A DNA stretch of 63,037 bases, counting the filler, from Octopus bimaculoides (Eukaryota): the NCBI RefSeq assembly GCF_001194135.2. It is 7 parts of 5 records of this genome, joined end to end, with 100 filler letters (N's around TTAATTAATTAA, not from the genome) between each part and the next. Parts side by side here need not be neighbours in the genome. Positions count along the whole stretch, not along the records: positions 37,126 to 43,577 come from NC_068992.1; positions 43,678 to 58,404 come from NC_068981.1; 5 more parts are not named here. The stretch is one strand, 5' to 3'. Positions 37,026 to 50,179 of the stretch are shown here, piece by piece (position 1 is the stretch's first letter; every line of letters begins with the position of its first letter). The notes beneath the pieces are model-generated. The model was not told the DNA's origin, made no database searches, and saw nothing but the letters and a program-made list of their open reading frames with translations. A program made the position numbers and the translations under genes.

Positions 37026-38195
37026 NNNNNNNNNNNNNNNNNNNNNNNNNNNNNNNNNNNNNNNNNNNNTTAATTAATTAANNNNNNNNNNNNNNNNNNN
37101 NNNNNNNNNNNNNNNNNNNNNNNNNATATATACATATACATATATATATGGACAATTTCAAAGTGTCGTCGAATATTCGCTTTTACTAGAAATCAGCAGA
37201 TGATAGCTGTGTACTAGGCCGAATCTCCGAAATCCGTCAAGTTTGTCTTTGTAAAAGGTATATGTATTGGTCTATATATCTATCAATCTATTAAATTTTT
37301 GCTGTGAGTTTGTATTTGTAATGTATAACATAATATCAGCATAAACATATATAGTTTATACTATATAAACTACTTCAGGGTGCCATAAGCAATATCATAT
37401 AAATGTTCACACATACAAACAAACACACACACACAGACAGACACACACAAACACACACACACACAAATATATAATTTATAATATTTACTGCTCTTCAATA
37501 GCGAAATTAATTTAAAACATGAAAATTTACAGATGATAATTTCCTCGTTCGTGATACCACATTCATTGGAATAACTACCACTTATGTACATATGTGCCAT
37601 ATTATTCACTAAATAGCTTCGTTTGAAAATTGGTTTCGTGTTTAACATACCGAAATAAATCTTTAAATAAAACATTTGTCCTTTTTTATTTATTTATTTT
37701 TATTTATTTAAAGCAGTCTTGAGTATCTTTACAAAATTAATTCCTTTCTTTTACTATTTTAGAATCGGAAGAAGTACACAATTTAATGGTTCTTTCTACG
37801 TTAATCTCACTCCAATCAAATAATAAACCCAACAGATTAGGAAGACATGTCTCATTTAATTATTTACACGCACAAAAACCAAGAAAGATATGTTAATTTC
37901 TTTTGTTTCTCTGTAAGATTTTTTATTTTATAACTTGTTCTTTATTACCTTTTGTCTAGTTGAGTAGAAGAAACGATTTGCCCAGTAAAAGAGAAAATAA
38001 TAAATTCATTTAATTAGATTTTGGCTCTAGAAACTATTGGAGAGATAACAATGGAAGATCTGTAAAATTTTAAAAAATACAACGCTTGAGACAGGGTGAC
38101 AAAAGTAATATCACAATGACAAAAGTTATGTCTGAGATTAATATTGTGACCTTCGCAATAAAATTAACTGCAATAATAATATTAATAATAATAAT

Positions 38196-38251
<56 letters not shown>

Positions 38252-38458
38252 TAATAATCCTTTCTACTATAGGCACAGGGCCTGAAATGTTGGGGTAGGG
38301 GCCAGTCCATTAGATCGACTGCAATGCGCAAATGGTACTTCATTTATCGACCCCGAAAAGATGAAAGACAAAGTCGACCTCGGCGGAATTTGAACTCAGA
38401 TCAGAGTGACGGGTGAAATACCGCTAAGCATATCGTCTAGCGTGCTAATGATTCTGTC
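38252..38458 (-). mobile_element. SINE family A embedded in (AAT)n
   Basis: GTCGACCTCGGCGGAATTTGAACTCAG; tail CCTTTCTACTATAGGCACAGGGCCTGAAA; flanked by (AAT)n on both sides. Confidence 0.9.
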
Positions 38459-38462
38459 GATA

Positions 38463-38533
<71 letters not shown>

Positions 38534-38559
38534 TAATAATATTAATAATAATAATAATA

Positions 38560-38610
<51 letters not shown>

Positions 38611-39637
38611 TAATNNNNNNNNNNTAATAATAATAATAATAATAATAATAATTGTAATAATAATAATAACGATAATAATGATAACGATAATGATAATAAT
38701 AGTCATAATAATTCGAATAACAAACATGACAGACGTGTACGAGCTCCTTGCGAAGTTGAATTAAATCTGTGATCATCGGGAAACAGGATTTAAGAAACAG
38801 CAAAAAATATGAATGAGAATTGGTCCCTAATGTAAATCAGATCAGGATGCCGAAATCTTTCTCTCATACATGGACTATAGTTGCTGTCAGGAACGTTGTC
38901 GCAGAAAAAAAAACAAAAAACAAGAGTGTGATGTTATAAATAACAGGAGGTGATGCACCTAGCCTATACATGGATTGAAGCAATACACGAGAATGCAATG
39001 TCGCTACAGAAAAAAAAACACGCTACAGAAAACAAATAATAATCGTATATGCAATCCCATCTCCACATAGATACACATAAATGTAATGTTTATATAATTC
39101 ATGGATGTACCCGTACATCTCGTACATAAACAAGACAACGTAGAGTGCACAGTGTTTAAACAAATTAAAAGACACACATAATAATAACGATAAATATAAA
39201 ATGTAACACGTCTCATTTTAGACAGCGAGAAAAAAAAAACAGATATGCTCGGAGATAAATTTTCAGCAACAAATAAAGGCTACTTTCTGTGTATGAGCTT
39301 GAGGGGCTTAAGATACGTAAACAAAAATAGCATACAACAAATAGACGGTGACCAGCAGAAAAATTACCTCTGAACGGAAAGGCTTCTCTAACGTCGCTTC
39401 CCAAGCGGAAGACAAAACCAAAATAGAACGGTGCGCAGATGACGCCAGTAGTTGGGGGAAAATATAGCATGTCAAGACGGTTTCAATACTAGTGATTGTG
39501 GGAAACTTGAAACAACCAGTAAAAGAACTAGAGATTCATGCAGAGAGCGTAAAAGATAGTATCAAGTGTTAATTGCAAACGTAAACAGACTGTTTACGAA
39601 AAGAAACAATGGTGGTATAGGACTAATTAGTATAGAC

Positions 39638-40043
39638 CAATGGTTCCCAACGGGAGCCATTAGGTCTCTCGGGGAACCAGTTGGAGCTCGAGGGGAACGT
39701 TTTGGAGTAAAGGAACTCTCTTGTACCAAAGAGTACTTTTTCGATAGACTGCATTTTGAACTCATAAGTGTCGTGCGGTGTAAATAAACACAATTACCAA
39801 ATTTCAATTCATTATCTCGTTTTTTTTTTTTGCATTTCGTTTTGTACATCTGTACTCCCGACTGCATACAAGTGCATATATAAAACGACGTTCTTTATTT
39901 TGTAATCATTATCTGCATATATCAAAATAAGTAGTACATTGGAAAAGAAAAATATTTTCGTGGGGTGAGGGGTGGGTGGCGTAGGCATTTGTGACTCCAA
40001 GGGTCAAAAGAGGGCCTTTGGTTAAATGGGCTGAGAATCTTTG
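39638..40043. mobile_element. hAT-type MITE (~406 bp)
   Basis: Perfect 8-bp TSD GTATAGAC (39630-37, 40044-51); TIRs CAATGGTTCCCAAC / rc CAAAGATTCTCAGC (10/14). Confidence 0.75.
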
Positions 40044-40433
40044 GTATAGACCATTGTATAAGGAGTGAAACGAGAACACATGCGGATTATTTGATAAATA
40101 GTGACGAAGATCTGTTGCAATATACTGGGTCCTATAATGTCATTGATGTTTTAAAATTCCGTAGGTACAACGATGGTGATAATGATAATGACTGTGGTTA
40201 TGGAGGCGACTGGATGCAAGCACGTTATATATATATATATATATATGTTTGTATTATTGGTAAGATGTAAAACTGTAAATGTATCTGCTTAGTAGAGGAG
40301 TCATGGATGTTCCAGAAATTATATTTTTCGAAAGAAAATATCAAGTACAAGTTGCGCCCTGGTATCAACTCACTCAAATATAAAACCTAGCAAAATGTTC
40401 GCCTAAAAATTCATATTATTATTATTATTATTA

Positions 40434-40464
<31 letters not shown>

Positions 40465-40954
40465 CATTATCATCATTATTTTATTTTATGTAATTTTTGG
40501 AAATCATTATTATTAACATTAACATTATCAATACTATAATTCTGAATATCGTTTCCGCAAATTTAACGAGATTAAAGAAAATATTCATCCAATATTCTAC
40601 CAAATTTTACACAAGAGAAAGCAAAATTTGAAAAAAAATCTTCATAGAGGTTAGAAAATGCAGAGATAAAAAAAAATGGAGGTTAAGAACGTTAATATGA
40701 CAGTAAAAAGATTAAACGAAAATAAAAACGAAACAGAAACACAAATAACTATTGAACGAAACAATACTGTGAGATTAAAAATAAAGTGATATAGAATACG
40801 AGATTAAAAATATATAAAAGGTGTATACAAGAAAATATAGTTTAAGAACTACGAAAAACAGAAAGTCCAAATTTTCCGGTGAGCGATTTCATTTCATACA
40901 CACACACACACATGGACTTGCACACATGCGCACATGCGCACACGTACATTCGCA

Positions 40955-41016
<62 letters not shown>

Positions 41017-41413
41017 CACGCACACATAGACATACACATACACACTCTCTCACACACATTCACTCAAGCACACATAAATACACTAAATCGCACAGCCATA
41101 TGTATGTATTTATATGTATTTATACATATTATTTGTGTATGTGAGCCTCTGTTCATTTCTTTACTTTAAATTTAAAGATTTTAAACTTCCGTTTCTGTGA
41201 ATTCACTTTAAAAAGAAAAGAAAATGGCTTAATGATGCATAAAATGTGTTCTTGTCTTTATAGAATGTATGTGCAGTGCTTATATTGCTGTGAGAATAAC
41301 ACGTGTATGTAGACTCCCATATCTATCAATATGTGTCTTTGTGTGCTGTTTGTGAGACGTAAAAAAATCTGTGAATAAAAGTGTTTTATATTCATACACA
41401 TATGCATATATGC

Positions 41414-41467
<54 letters not shown>

Positions 41468-41723
41468 TTATACTGTTCTACATATGTATGTATGTATGTG
41501 TATACATATATTTGTATATATGTGCCTAACAAAAGAGAAGTAGCAAGAGGATAATTGAGGTATATAAAAATTTGGAAACATTAAATAAGGGAAAAACCCC
41601 AACTATTCCTCCATTAGAATTTTTATTTCGTTTAATGATTACCTCAACTCGAAAACATATATGGTTGAGCTTGTAAGTGTGCGTGTCCGGTTCATGTGCA
41701 TGTGCGTATGCATATATGTACGT

Positions 41724-41770
<47 letters not shown>

Positions 41771-42570
41771 AACACATNNNNNNNNNNACACACACACACA
41801 GAAAAACACATGCATACACACACACAGAAACACAGAGACACGCATGCACACACACAAACTCGCATAAACACACATACACATACACACACACAGATACACA
41901 TATATATATACGCCTGTATTCATACACATACATATATATATATTTGTATAACTGTTTATACGCAGACACCAGTAGAGCCATATGTGTATCCGTGCGTACG
42001 GTATGCGTGTTATATCTGTGCATATATTTACATTTGTTTCCGTTCGTTCATATTATTGTTTGCATATGTCTTACCAAACTATGCTTCTACTAGAATACTT
42101 CCGCAAAAGGTGGAGCTGCATTTCAAGCTTATTTAAGAATTCAAAATCGTCTTTGTTTTATTTCAATTTTATTGAAGAATTCTGGTCTTGGCAAGCTAAG
42201 TGACTGGAAATTTAATCAAACTGAAACTATATGGAATTTGTTTTTAGATCAGATACAAAACTCAATGTAAATTATTCCCTCTTCAATGTTCTCCTAATTC
42301 AGTAAATTTGAATAATAGGAAGAGATGTGCATATATTCGCTTCATTGATTTTCAAATTGCACTGCATCCATGTGAGATTACTTAAAACTAATAAATGTAG
42401 AATAAATTGGAGAAATCCATAATACACTCAGAATAATATTATGAACAACAAAAACTACTATTACCAATGCTAGTGCAGTTAAACTTATTATTATTAACAT
42501 TTAAATGATGATGAGGATGCTGATTATGATTATCAAGAAAATAATAATAATAATGATAATAATAATAACA

Positions 42571-42723
42571 ACGTGGTTATGTGGTAGCCACATGTTTCCA
42601 GTTTCAGTTCCACTGGGTGGAACCTTCAGCAAGTATCTTCTACCTACTATAGCCTTGGGCCAACCTAGGAGTTGTAAGTGGATTTGGTAGACGGAAAGTG
42701 AAAGAAGCCAGTAGTATGTGTGT

Positions 42724-42763
<40 letters not shown>

Positions 42764-42885
42764 GTGTGTTTGTGTGTGTTTGTCCCGCCCACCACCGCTT
42801 GACCACCGGTGCTCATGTGTTCATATCCTCACTACTAAAGTGTCCGGCCACGGGATCGATAGTATAAATACCAGGCTTTTAAAAG
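42571..42885 (+). mobile_element. SINE family C
   Basis: TGGTTATGTGGTAG...GTTTCAGTTCCACTG...GGATTTGGTAGACGGAAAGTGAAAGAAGCC, internal (TG)n, TTTGTCCC...CGCTTGACCACCGGTGCT. Confidence 0.8.
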
Positions 42886-42945
42886 TTAAGAACTTAGTAA
42901 AACTTGAAATCGGAACATAAAACGACGACGACAACAACAACAATG

Positions 42946-43068
<123 letters not shown>

Positions 43069-43109
43069 GTAATAGTAATAATAATAAAGAGAAAGAAAAA
43101 GGGAGCCAA

Positions 43110-43325
43110 ATTGTAGCAAACCAGGCCCAAGCGATAAAAACAAAGAACTTGAGCAAAATATATATATATGGAAAGAATGCGTTAGAAAAATGTAGAGCTT
43201 GTGGAACTTGGAACGAGATTTTAATAGTTGTTCGTTTCTAGCAGTTTCAAAGAACATCAGTTGTTGAGAACAAACGATAACGGGTAAGGATAAGCATGGG
43301 TGAAATTCCAGGTAAATATGTTACC
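43110..43325 (+). mobile_element. R4/Dong LINE zinc-knuckle-region fragment
   Basis: Frameshifted translation QAIKTKNL...EKCRACGTWNE resembles AQ.QAI.T...CR.C...ET..H; preceded by (AAT)n at 42940-43085. Confidence 0.6.
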
Positions 43326-43677
43326 TGATTAATTTATGAATTCATATGTGTTATGTATGCATTCTTACGCTTATATTGAGACTTCTACTCAACGGAACAC
43401 ATGTATACACTCGGCTATAGTGGCACACGCGCGCACACAGACGTATAAGGATACGTACATACATACATACTCATACGCACTTACAAACAGACATACACAG
43501 ATATCACGCTGTCTCTCTCATTCCCCTCTTCTCTCTCTCTCTCTCTCTCTCTGTCACCCTCTCTCTCTCTCTCTCTCNNNNNNNNNNNNNNNNNNNNNNN
43601 NNNNNNNNNNNNNNNNNNNNNTTAATTAATTAANNNNNNNNNNNNNNNNNNNNNNNNNNNNNNNNNNNNNNNNNNNN

Positions 43678-43875
43678 TCGTGCGGGTGACACGTAAAAGC
43701 ACCCACTACACTCTCTGAGTGGTTGGCGTTAGGAAGGGCATCCAGCTGTAGAAACTCTGCCAAATCAGACTGGAGCCTGGTGTTGCCATCCGGTTTCACC
43801 AGTCCTCAGTCAAATCGTCCAACCCATGCTAGCATGGAAAGCGGACGTTAAACGATGATGATGATGATGATGATG
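43678..43875 (+). mobile_element. RTE 3' UTR-derived element (family D), 5' end in gap
   Basis: GTAAAAGCACCCACTACACTCT...TTAGGAAGGGCATCCAGCTGTAGAAAC...CCAACCCATGCTAGCATGG-(GAT)n; same module ends the RTE at 49660-49828. Confidence 0.85.
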
Positions 43876-44254
43876 AAGAAAGAAATGGAGATTCATGGAA
43901 AGTGTCCACCACCAAAACAATTCAGTCTTAATGCTTCCCCCCTCATACTTTGCCCATCAAATTATAGTATCTTGTGGCCACTTCCTGACATGATGATGAT
44001 GGTGGTGGTCTTGATGATGATGATGGTGATGATGATTGTGGTGATGATGGTGATGATGATGACGATGGTGGTGGTGGTGGTGAAGAGGATAATGAAGATG
44101 ATGATGGTTCCTACATCTAATCTATAAAATTACATCTTTATTATATCCCACTAGACACTACTTCACCTTTTCAGCATTCCAGAGTCAATGAAATGACATA
44201 CCAGCTACATCCTGGGGTTGATGAAATAAAGCACCAGCTCTCTTCCCTCATATT

Positions 44255-44870
44255 GATTTATCAAATACTCGTCAAGCGTTCTCCTTTCACTCCTTATACA
44301 ATGGTCTATACTAATTAGTCCTCTGCCATCATTCTTTCTTTTCATATATATATTCTGTTTACGTTTGCTTTAGGGTGTGGCACCCCATGCAGCACCATCA
44401 GCTTTCTTGTTCTTCTATCCAGTGTTGCTATTTCCTCTTTAGTCCATTTAAGGATGGACGCACTAGATCTGACCACTGCTGGCATTCAGGTTGGATTGCA
44501 ACACCATCTTCACCTGTTTTTGATACACCTCACTGCCCTTGATTTTCATTTCTCTGTGTAGAATGTCATCCAGTTCCAAAATCTCTAAACATCTATACCC
44601 ACTATATCCCAAATACCATACCGATGTCCCTATCCCACTTCTGGACTGTTTTGGTTAAGGAATCTGTTTTGCAGATTTCCCAAACAATTTCAGGTCATCC
44701 ATAAACAGAAGATGGCTCAATGATGGGCATCGGTAGCCCATCTTAACTCTCCAAAGAGTCATTGTTATGGGTATTAGTGCAATTACAAAAAGTAACGGAG
44801 AAAACAAATCACTTTGGAAGATTCCTCCTTTTAATATTAAATTCTCCAAGGAATACATTATTGTCATTAT
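44255..44870 (-). mobile_element. R4/Dong LINE RT/thumb fragment
   Basis: Minus strand GIFQSDLFSPLLFVIALIP...LSHLLFMDDLKLFGK and IYMKRKNDGRGLISIDHCIR. Confidence 0.85.
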
Positions 44871-45669
44871 TATTATTATCATAACAAAATAATAAAAGCA
44901 AAGTAAATATAACAATGCCTATGGGTGTATAAATTACTATAAAATGACTCTACCATGATTTTATTGTTTTGGTTTGTTTTAAACCATAAAGAAGGGGAAC
45001 ATCTTGAAACTACACTCTTTGTTCCTCCTATGTCTTTTAACTACTCTCTGTCTGTCTGTCTGTCTGTCTCTCTATCTCTCTCTCTAGCTGTCGCACTGTC
45101 TTTCTCTCTCAAAGAATATTGTAATTATATTCCATCCTGGAATCGTTCTTATCAGACAGATTGCTGAATAAGATTTAGAAAAGAAAGCTTTAGCAGCTTT
45201 AATTTAGATAAGTTTCTCACCTCTTTAGCCATCATGTGCTCTTACAACAACAACAAAAGTAATAACAACTCTAATATACTGTTGCAGTAACCACCACTAC
45301 CACCACCACCGCCGAGTGCTGTGAAACTAAAGAAGTGTCAGTAATAAATCCAGTCATGTTGGTGCAGCAAGTCGCTGAGATTAAGTCAACATTCAGCCAC
45401 ACTAACACACTTAAATACTCACTAATACTCTCTCTCTCTCTTTTTCTTTCTTCTTAATTCAAGAACCTCTTTTACTAATATCTGAATATTGTCAGTTGAG
45501 AACCAAGTTAACAGATAGCACAGTCTTTTGTTTGTGAGTCCAAAACCTACAGAAGTTGATTGCATTTTATAAGAAATGTTACGGATTGCACGATTTGCAG
45601 GGATGTTTGTGGGTAAATAATGTGTGTATATCCAGACGCCATAAGATTTGTTATGTGAATAAAAGAAAT

Positions 45670-47975
45670 AAAACCCCCACCACAAAAATGCTCTGTGGAT
45701 TAGTAGGGAAAAAGGAAAGAAAAAAACACAATAGAACAACAGATATGGCCCACCATCACAGGCCAAAAGATCATGGACAGGCTGTGGAGTACCAGCAACA
45801 GAAAAACTCCAGGGATAGACAATCTCCTCAACTTCTAGTGGAAACACCTCACTAGTAGCCATATCCACTTCATGGCAGCATTCAATTTATTGATAAGTGA
45901 GCCAGAATCATTACCAAATTGGTTGCAGGAAGGACAAACCACTCTAATTAAAAAAAAAAAAAAGACATTGTACACCCACAAAATTACAGACCAATAACAT
46001 GCCTATCAACATCTTACAAGACCCTAACATCAGCTGGAAAAAAAAAAACAATGTTTCACCGGAACAACAAAAGGGTGCCAGAGAGGGGTGTATGGCTGTA
46101 AGGAGCAACTTTGGTAAACCAAGCAATTATAGAGGAGAAAGACAAACCTGAACTTGATTTAGATTGATTACCTGAAAGCATTCCACACTCATGGATACTG
46201 AAATCTCTCCACACAAATAAGGTAGCCAGACCACTGCTAGAATATGTTCTTTTCTGCTCTAGGCACAAGGCCTGGAATTTTGGGGAAGAGGACAAGTCTA
46301 TATGCAACTGGTACTTAGTTTATCAACCCGGAACAGATGAAAAACAAAGTTGACCTCAGTAGAATTTGAACTCAGACCGTAAAGACAAACGAAATACTGC
46401 TAAGCATTTCGACTGGCATGCTAACGTTTCTGCCCGATCACCGCCTTACTGCTAGAATATATTAAACATACAATGGCAAAATGGAAAACCAGTATAACAT
46501 AAGAAAAAAATGACTCACAAGTTATTAAAACCTCTCCTATACCCATAAGAAGAGGGATTTTTCCAGGGAGACTCACTGTCACCCCTGCACTTCTGCCATT
46601 TTCTGACCCACTAACAAATTTATTAAAACCACCATGGGTTATAGGTGTCATGGACATAAAATAAACCATCTCCTGTACATGGATGATCTAAAACATTTTG
46701 CTGAAAGCACCATGGAATAGAGAAACGTCATCAAAATTGTCCAGAGTTTCAGCAATGACATCAGAATGAGCATGGGGTTGGACAAATGTACCAGTGTCAC
46801 ACTGAGAAGGGGCAAATTATTCAGCACTGAAAACACTGTAATAGAAGAAACAGCTGAAATAGAACACAGAGAAATGAAAGAGAAAATTAGGAGAGAGTAT
46901 TACAGAAGAATTCGACCAATATTGAACACTGAATTTAATGCTAAAAATAAGATAATAGGGATAAACACGCTAGCCATACCAGTCATAAATTACAGTTTTA
47001 ACATAATAAACTGGAAGGTCAGTGAATTGAGAAACTTAGATAGAAAAACCAGAAGACAACTAACAGTGTACCAAAGTCACCACCCCAAAGCATATGCAGA
47101 CAGAATATATCTATCCCACTCAGGAGGAGGTCTTGGCCTGATACAGATAGAGAACTACTATAAATTAACAACAGCTAGACTAAGAAAGTATTTAGAAACA
47201 AAAAGGGGAAGACTACTGCATGTTGTAAAGCAACACGAAAAAAAGAAAACGCTTTTCTCTATACACATGGAAGCGATAGAATACAAAACAAACTACACTG
47301 ATCTCAAATGATAACATAGCAGAAATGGTCAAAGAGACAAAAAACAACATGAAAACTGAATTACAATTTCTATGCCAGTATTAAATGATGATGACTGAAA
47401 AGGAAATAAAGAGAAAAACCACTTCATGGCCTAACTTGCTCCGCTTGACAGAGGGGAAGTGAACCTAAGTAAAAGCTAACAATGGCTCGAAAGCTCTGGA
47501 CTAAAAGCTGAAATAGAAGGCCTGATTCTTGCAGCACAAACAATTAGAAAAACAAAATAATGACAACAGGCCCTAACATCAAATGTAGAATGTGCAACCA
47601 GCAGAGTAGGACTGTTGACTGCATCATCTTGGGCTGCCCAGTCTTTGCCAAACCTGAATATATACAGACACGACAAAATAAGCAGTGAGACCCACTGGAC
47701 AATATGCCAACACTACAACATCACAACTGGCAACAGGTGGTATAGGCATGAGCCAAACAAGGTACAAGACAACGACCAGGCCACAACCATTTGGTTTATG
47801 TCAGTTCAAATTGACAAAGTAATAAAAGCTAAATGCCCAGACATAATGGTCAAGGGTTGGGGAGAAAAATACCTGCTTACTGGTAGACATTGCAGTCCCT
47901 TCTAATCAAAATATTGTTCAAAAAAGAAGTGGAGAAATTGCCAAAGTACAAAGACTTCAAAATGGAAGTATTATT
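45670..47975 (+). mobile_element. Long decayed R4/Dong LINE (RT, thumb, CCHC, start of RLE)
   Basis: KTPGIDNLLNF*WK, NYRPITCLSTSYKTL, RGIFQGDSLSPL, HLLYMDDLK, RIYLSHSGGGLGL, CRMC...GCPVFAK..HDK, PDIMV..LVDIAVPSNQN..KEVEKLPKYKD; many frameshifts; SINE inserted at 46246. Confidence 0.92.
46246..46447 (-). mobile_element. SINE family A inserted into the R4 LINE, 13-bp TSD
   Basis: Perfect TSD ACTGCTAGAATAT at 46233-46245 and 46448-46460; LINE RT continues on both sides. Confidence 0.92.
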
Positions 47976-47984
47976 CAAATGTTT

Positions 47985-48537
47985 TTACACTGTAAAATGT
48001 GCCAGAAACGGGGATTTGAAGCTGGAAACCCATGGGACAATCATTGAGCTGAAAGAGTCCTGGAGTCGGAGAAATGGAAGATTTTGTGGTACTTTACAAT
48101 TCAAACAGACAAGAAATTAGAAAATAATAGACCAGAAATAATGATTAGGAAAAGCAAAGTTGCTTACTTATTGACCCATCATGCCTATTTGATTAGAGGA
48201 TTGATATAGAAAGAGAAAGAAAAACAAAGAAAATACAATCTCCTAAAATTTGAAATAGGAAGAATTTGGAGTATGAAAACTGTAAAGGTTGTGCTTGTAA
48301 TAATCGGTGCATTGGGAACTGTGAGCAAAGATATAGACAAATGGCTGAAGGAGATTTGAAATAGAATGCCCAGTTGAGCTCCTACAAAAAGTTTGTCTCT
48401 TAGGGAAGACAGCAAGGATTATCAGGAGGGTTCTAAGCACTTGAAAGTCTGCTGAAAACTTGTAGTAACCTGCTACCCACATAAATCCTACCAGGAATAA
48501 GACCAAACTTGAGCAAAACAAAAATGATAATAATAAT
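47985..48537 (+). mobile_element. Second, distinct R4/Dong LINE 3' end (complete RLE plus UTR)
   Basis: KILWYFTIQTDKKLENNRPEI...LIDPSCLFD...KYNLLKFEIGRIWSMKTVKVVLVIIGALGTVSKD...LQKVCLLG.TARIIRRVLST*; ends GATAATAATAAT. Confidence 0.88.
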
Positions 48538-48546
48538 CCCTTTTAC

Positions 48547-48745
48547 TAAGGCTGCAAGCTGGGCGAAATGCTTAGCGGTATTTTGTCTGTCTCTATGTTC
48601 TGAGTTCAAATTCTGCTAAGGTCAACTTTGTCATTCATTCTTTCAGGGTTGATAAATTAAGTACCAGTTGTATACTGAGGTCAATCTAATTGTCCCCCCC
48701 CAAAAAAAAATTTTGAGTCTTGTGCCTAGAGTAGAAGAGAATAAT
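48547..48745 (+). mobile_element. SINE family A (head partly deleted, CpG-decayed)
   Basis: GAAATGCTTAGCGGTATTTTG...GAGTTCAAATTCTGCTAAGGTCAACTTTG...TTGTGCCTAGAGTAGAAGAGAAT; TSD-like AATAATCC..TTACTAA at both ends. Confidence 0.85.
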
Positions 48746-48967
48746 CCTTACTAAAAGCAAAAAGCCTGAAATTTGATGGGGGCAAGGGAGGGGAGTATGC
48801 GATTTTTATCAACCCCAGTTATTTCACTGGTACTTAATTCATTGACCCTGAAAGGATGAAAAGCAAAGTCGACTTTGGAGGAATTTGAACTCAGAACATG
48901 AAGACGGATGAAATGCTGCTGAGCATTTTGCCCATCAGGCTAACAATCCTGCCAGTCTTCCCCCTTA
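48740..48967 (-). mobile_element. SINE family A, tail-to-tail with the previous copy
   Basis: CTGGTACTTAATTCATTGACCCTGAAAGGATGAAAAGCAAAGTCGACTTTGGAGGAATTTGAACTCAG. Confidence 0.85.
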
Positions 48968-49828
48968 ATAGGATGCTCTGAGAGCATAGCTGCTAGAATA
49001 AGAATGGCCTGGGCAAAGTTCAGGAAGCCCTTACCTTTGCTGGTAACAAAGGGCCTTTTACTCAGAGTGAAACGTAGGCTATATGATGCCTGTGTGTGAA
49101 CAGCCATGCTACATGGCAGTGTAACATGGGCCGTGACTGATGAGGACATGCGTAAGCTTGAAACAAATGAAGCCATTAAGCTCCGCTAGATGTGCAATGT
49201 CAGTGTGCATAGATGACAGAGGGTAAGTGCCCTGAGAGAAAAGTTGGACTTAAGAAGCATCAGATGTGGTGTGCAAGAGAGACGACTGCGCTGGTGTGGT
49301 CATGTGATGCATATGGACAGCTGTGTGAAGAAGTGTCACCCTAACAGTGTAGGAAGCTTATAGAAGAGGTAGACCCAGGAAGACATAGGATGAAGTGGTG
49401 AAGCACAACCTTTGAATGTTGGGTCTCACAGAGGCAATGACAATTGACCAAGACCTTTGGAGATATGCTATACTTGAGAAGATCCGACAAGCCAAGTGAG
49501 ATCGTAACCTTGGCTGTTGCCAGCATCACGTAACTGGCCCATCTAAAAGCACCATTCAATTGCTGGGTAATATGCTGTGCTTGTGAAGACCTGTTGAACT
49601 GAGTGGAATCATAGTCATGGCCGATGCCAGTGCTGCATGACTGGCACCTGTGCCAGTGGCATGTAAAAGCACCCACTACACCCTTGGAGTGGTTGGCATT
49701 AGGAAGGGCATCCAGCTGTAGAAACCTTGGAGCCTGGTGCAGTCCCCTGGCTTGCCAGTTCAGTCAAACCATCCAACCCATGCCAGCATGTTAAGCGGAC
49801 ATTAGACAATGACGACGATGATGATGAT
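48968..49828 (+). mobile_element. RTE-clade LINE, 5'-truncated 3' portion
   Basis: SIAARIRMAWAKFRKPLPLL...LYDACV*TAMLHGSVTW...QERRLRWCGHV...RGRPRKT*DEVVK...DLWRYA; 3' UTR ends in (GAT)n. Confidence 0.92.
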
Positions 49829-50034
49829 ATATTATGTGGATGATAATATTTTTAACTGAGTTGTTACAATTGTATATGATTGTTTGCTTCAGTTCTTTGT
49901 TATGTACACATATTGACTTGATTCCTATCATTCAGCAATCATTTCTCTTGTTGCTTTGATGTGCCATATTGCCAATAAAACTGTTTGCATTTCTGATGAC
50001 ATGGGTATGCCATGTATTTCAGAAAGGTACTTAC

Positions 50035-50072
50035 CAAACAAGTGATTTTATCTGAGAGGTTGTGTGTTGAAA
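50035..50072 (-). CDS. Candidate host micro-exon (38 nt), unverified
   Basis: Minus strand TAATTGCTTTAG acceptor and TTG|GTAAGTAC donor; frames FQHTTSQIKSLV or VSTHNLSDKITCL are open. No homology recognised. Confidence 0.25.
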
Positions 50073-50129
50073 CTAAAGCAATTACAGTTGGATCGAAGAT
50101 ACATAACAATTCAAAAACCATACAATAAC

Positions 50130-50179
<50 letters not shown>

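Noticed and set aside
36602-37081. Gly-rich or His/Thr-rich ORFs
   Set aside because: Products of a degenerate GGT/GAT repeat; open in several frames, no splice or domain support.
37190-37240. CAGATGA...GGCCGAA possible degenerate hammerhead
   Set aside because: Both core segments deviate and the stems are inconsistent.
45422-45868. 148-aa minus-strand ORF
   Set aside because: Partly antisense to the R4 LINE and ends in a (GA)n tract; no domain or splice support.
49136-49170. CTGATGAG...GAAAC hammerhead-like string
   Set aside because: No stem II, and it lies within RTE coding sequence (VTDEDMRKLETN).
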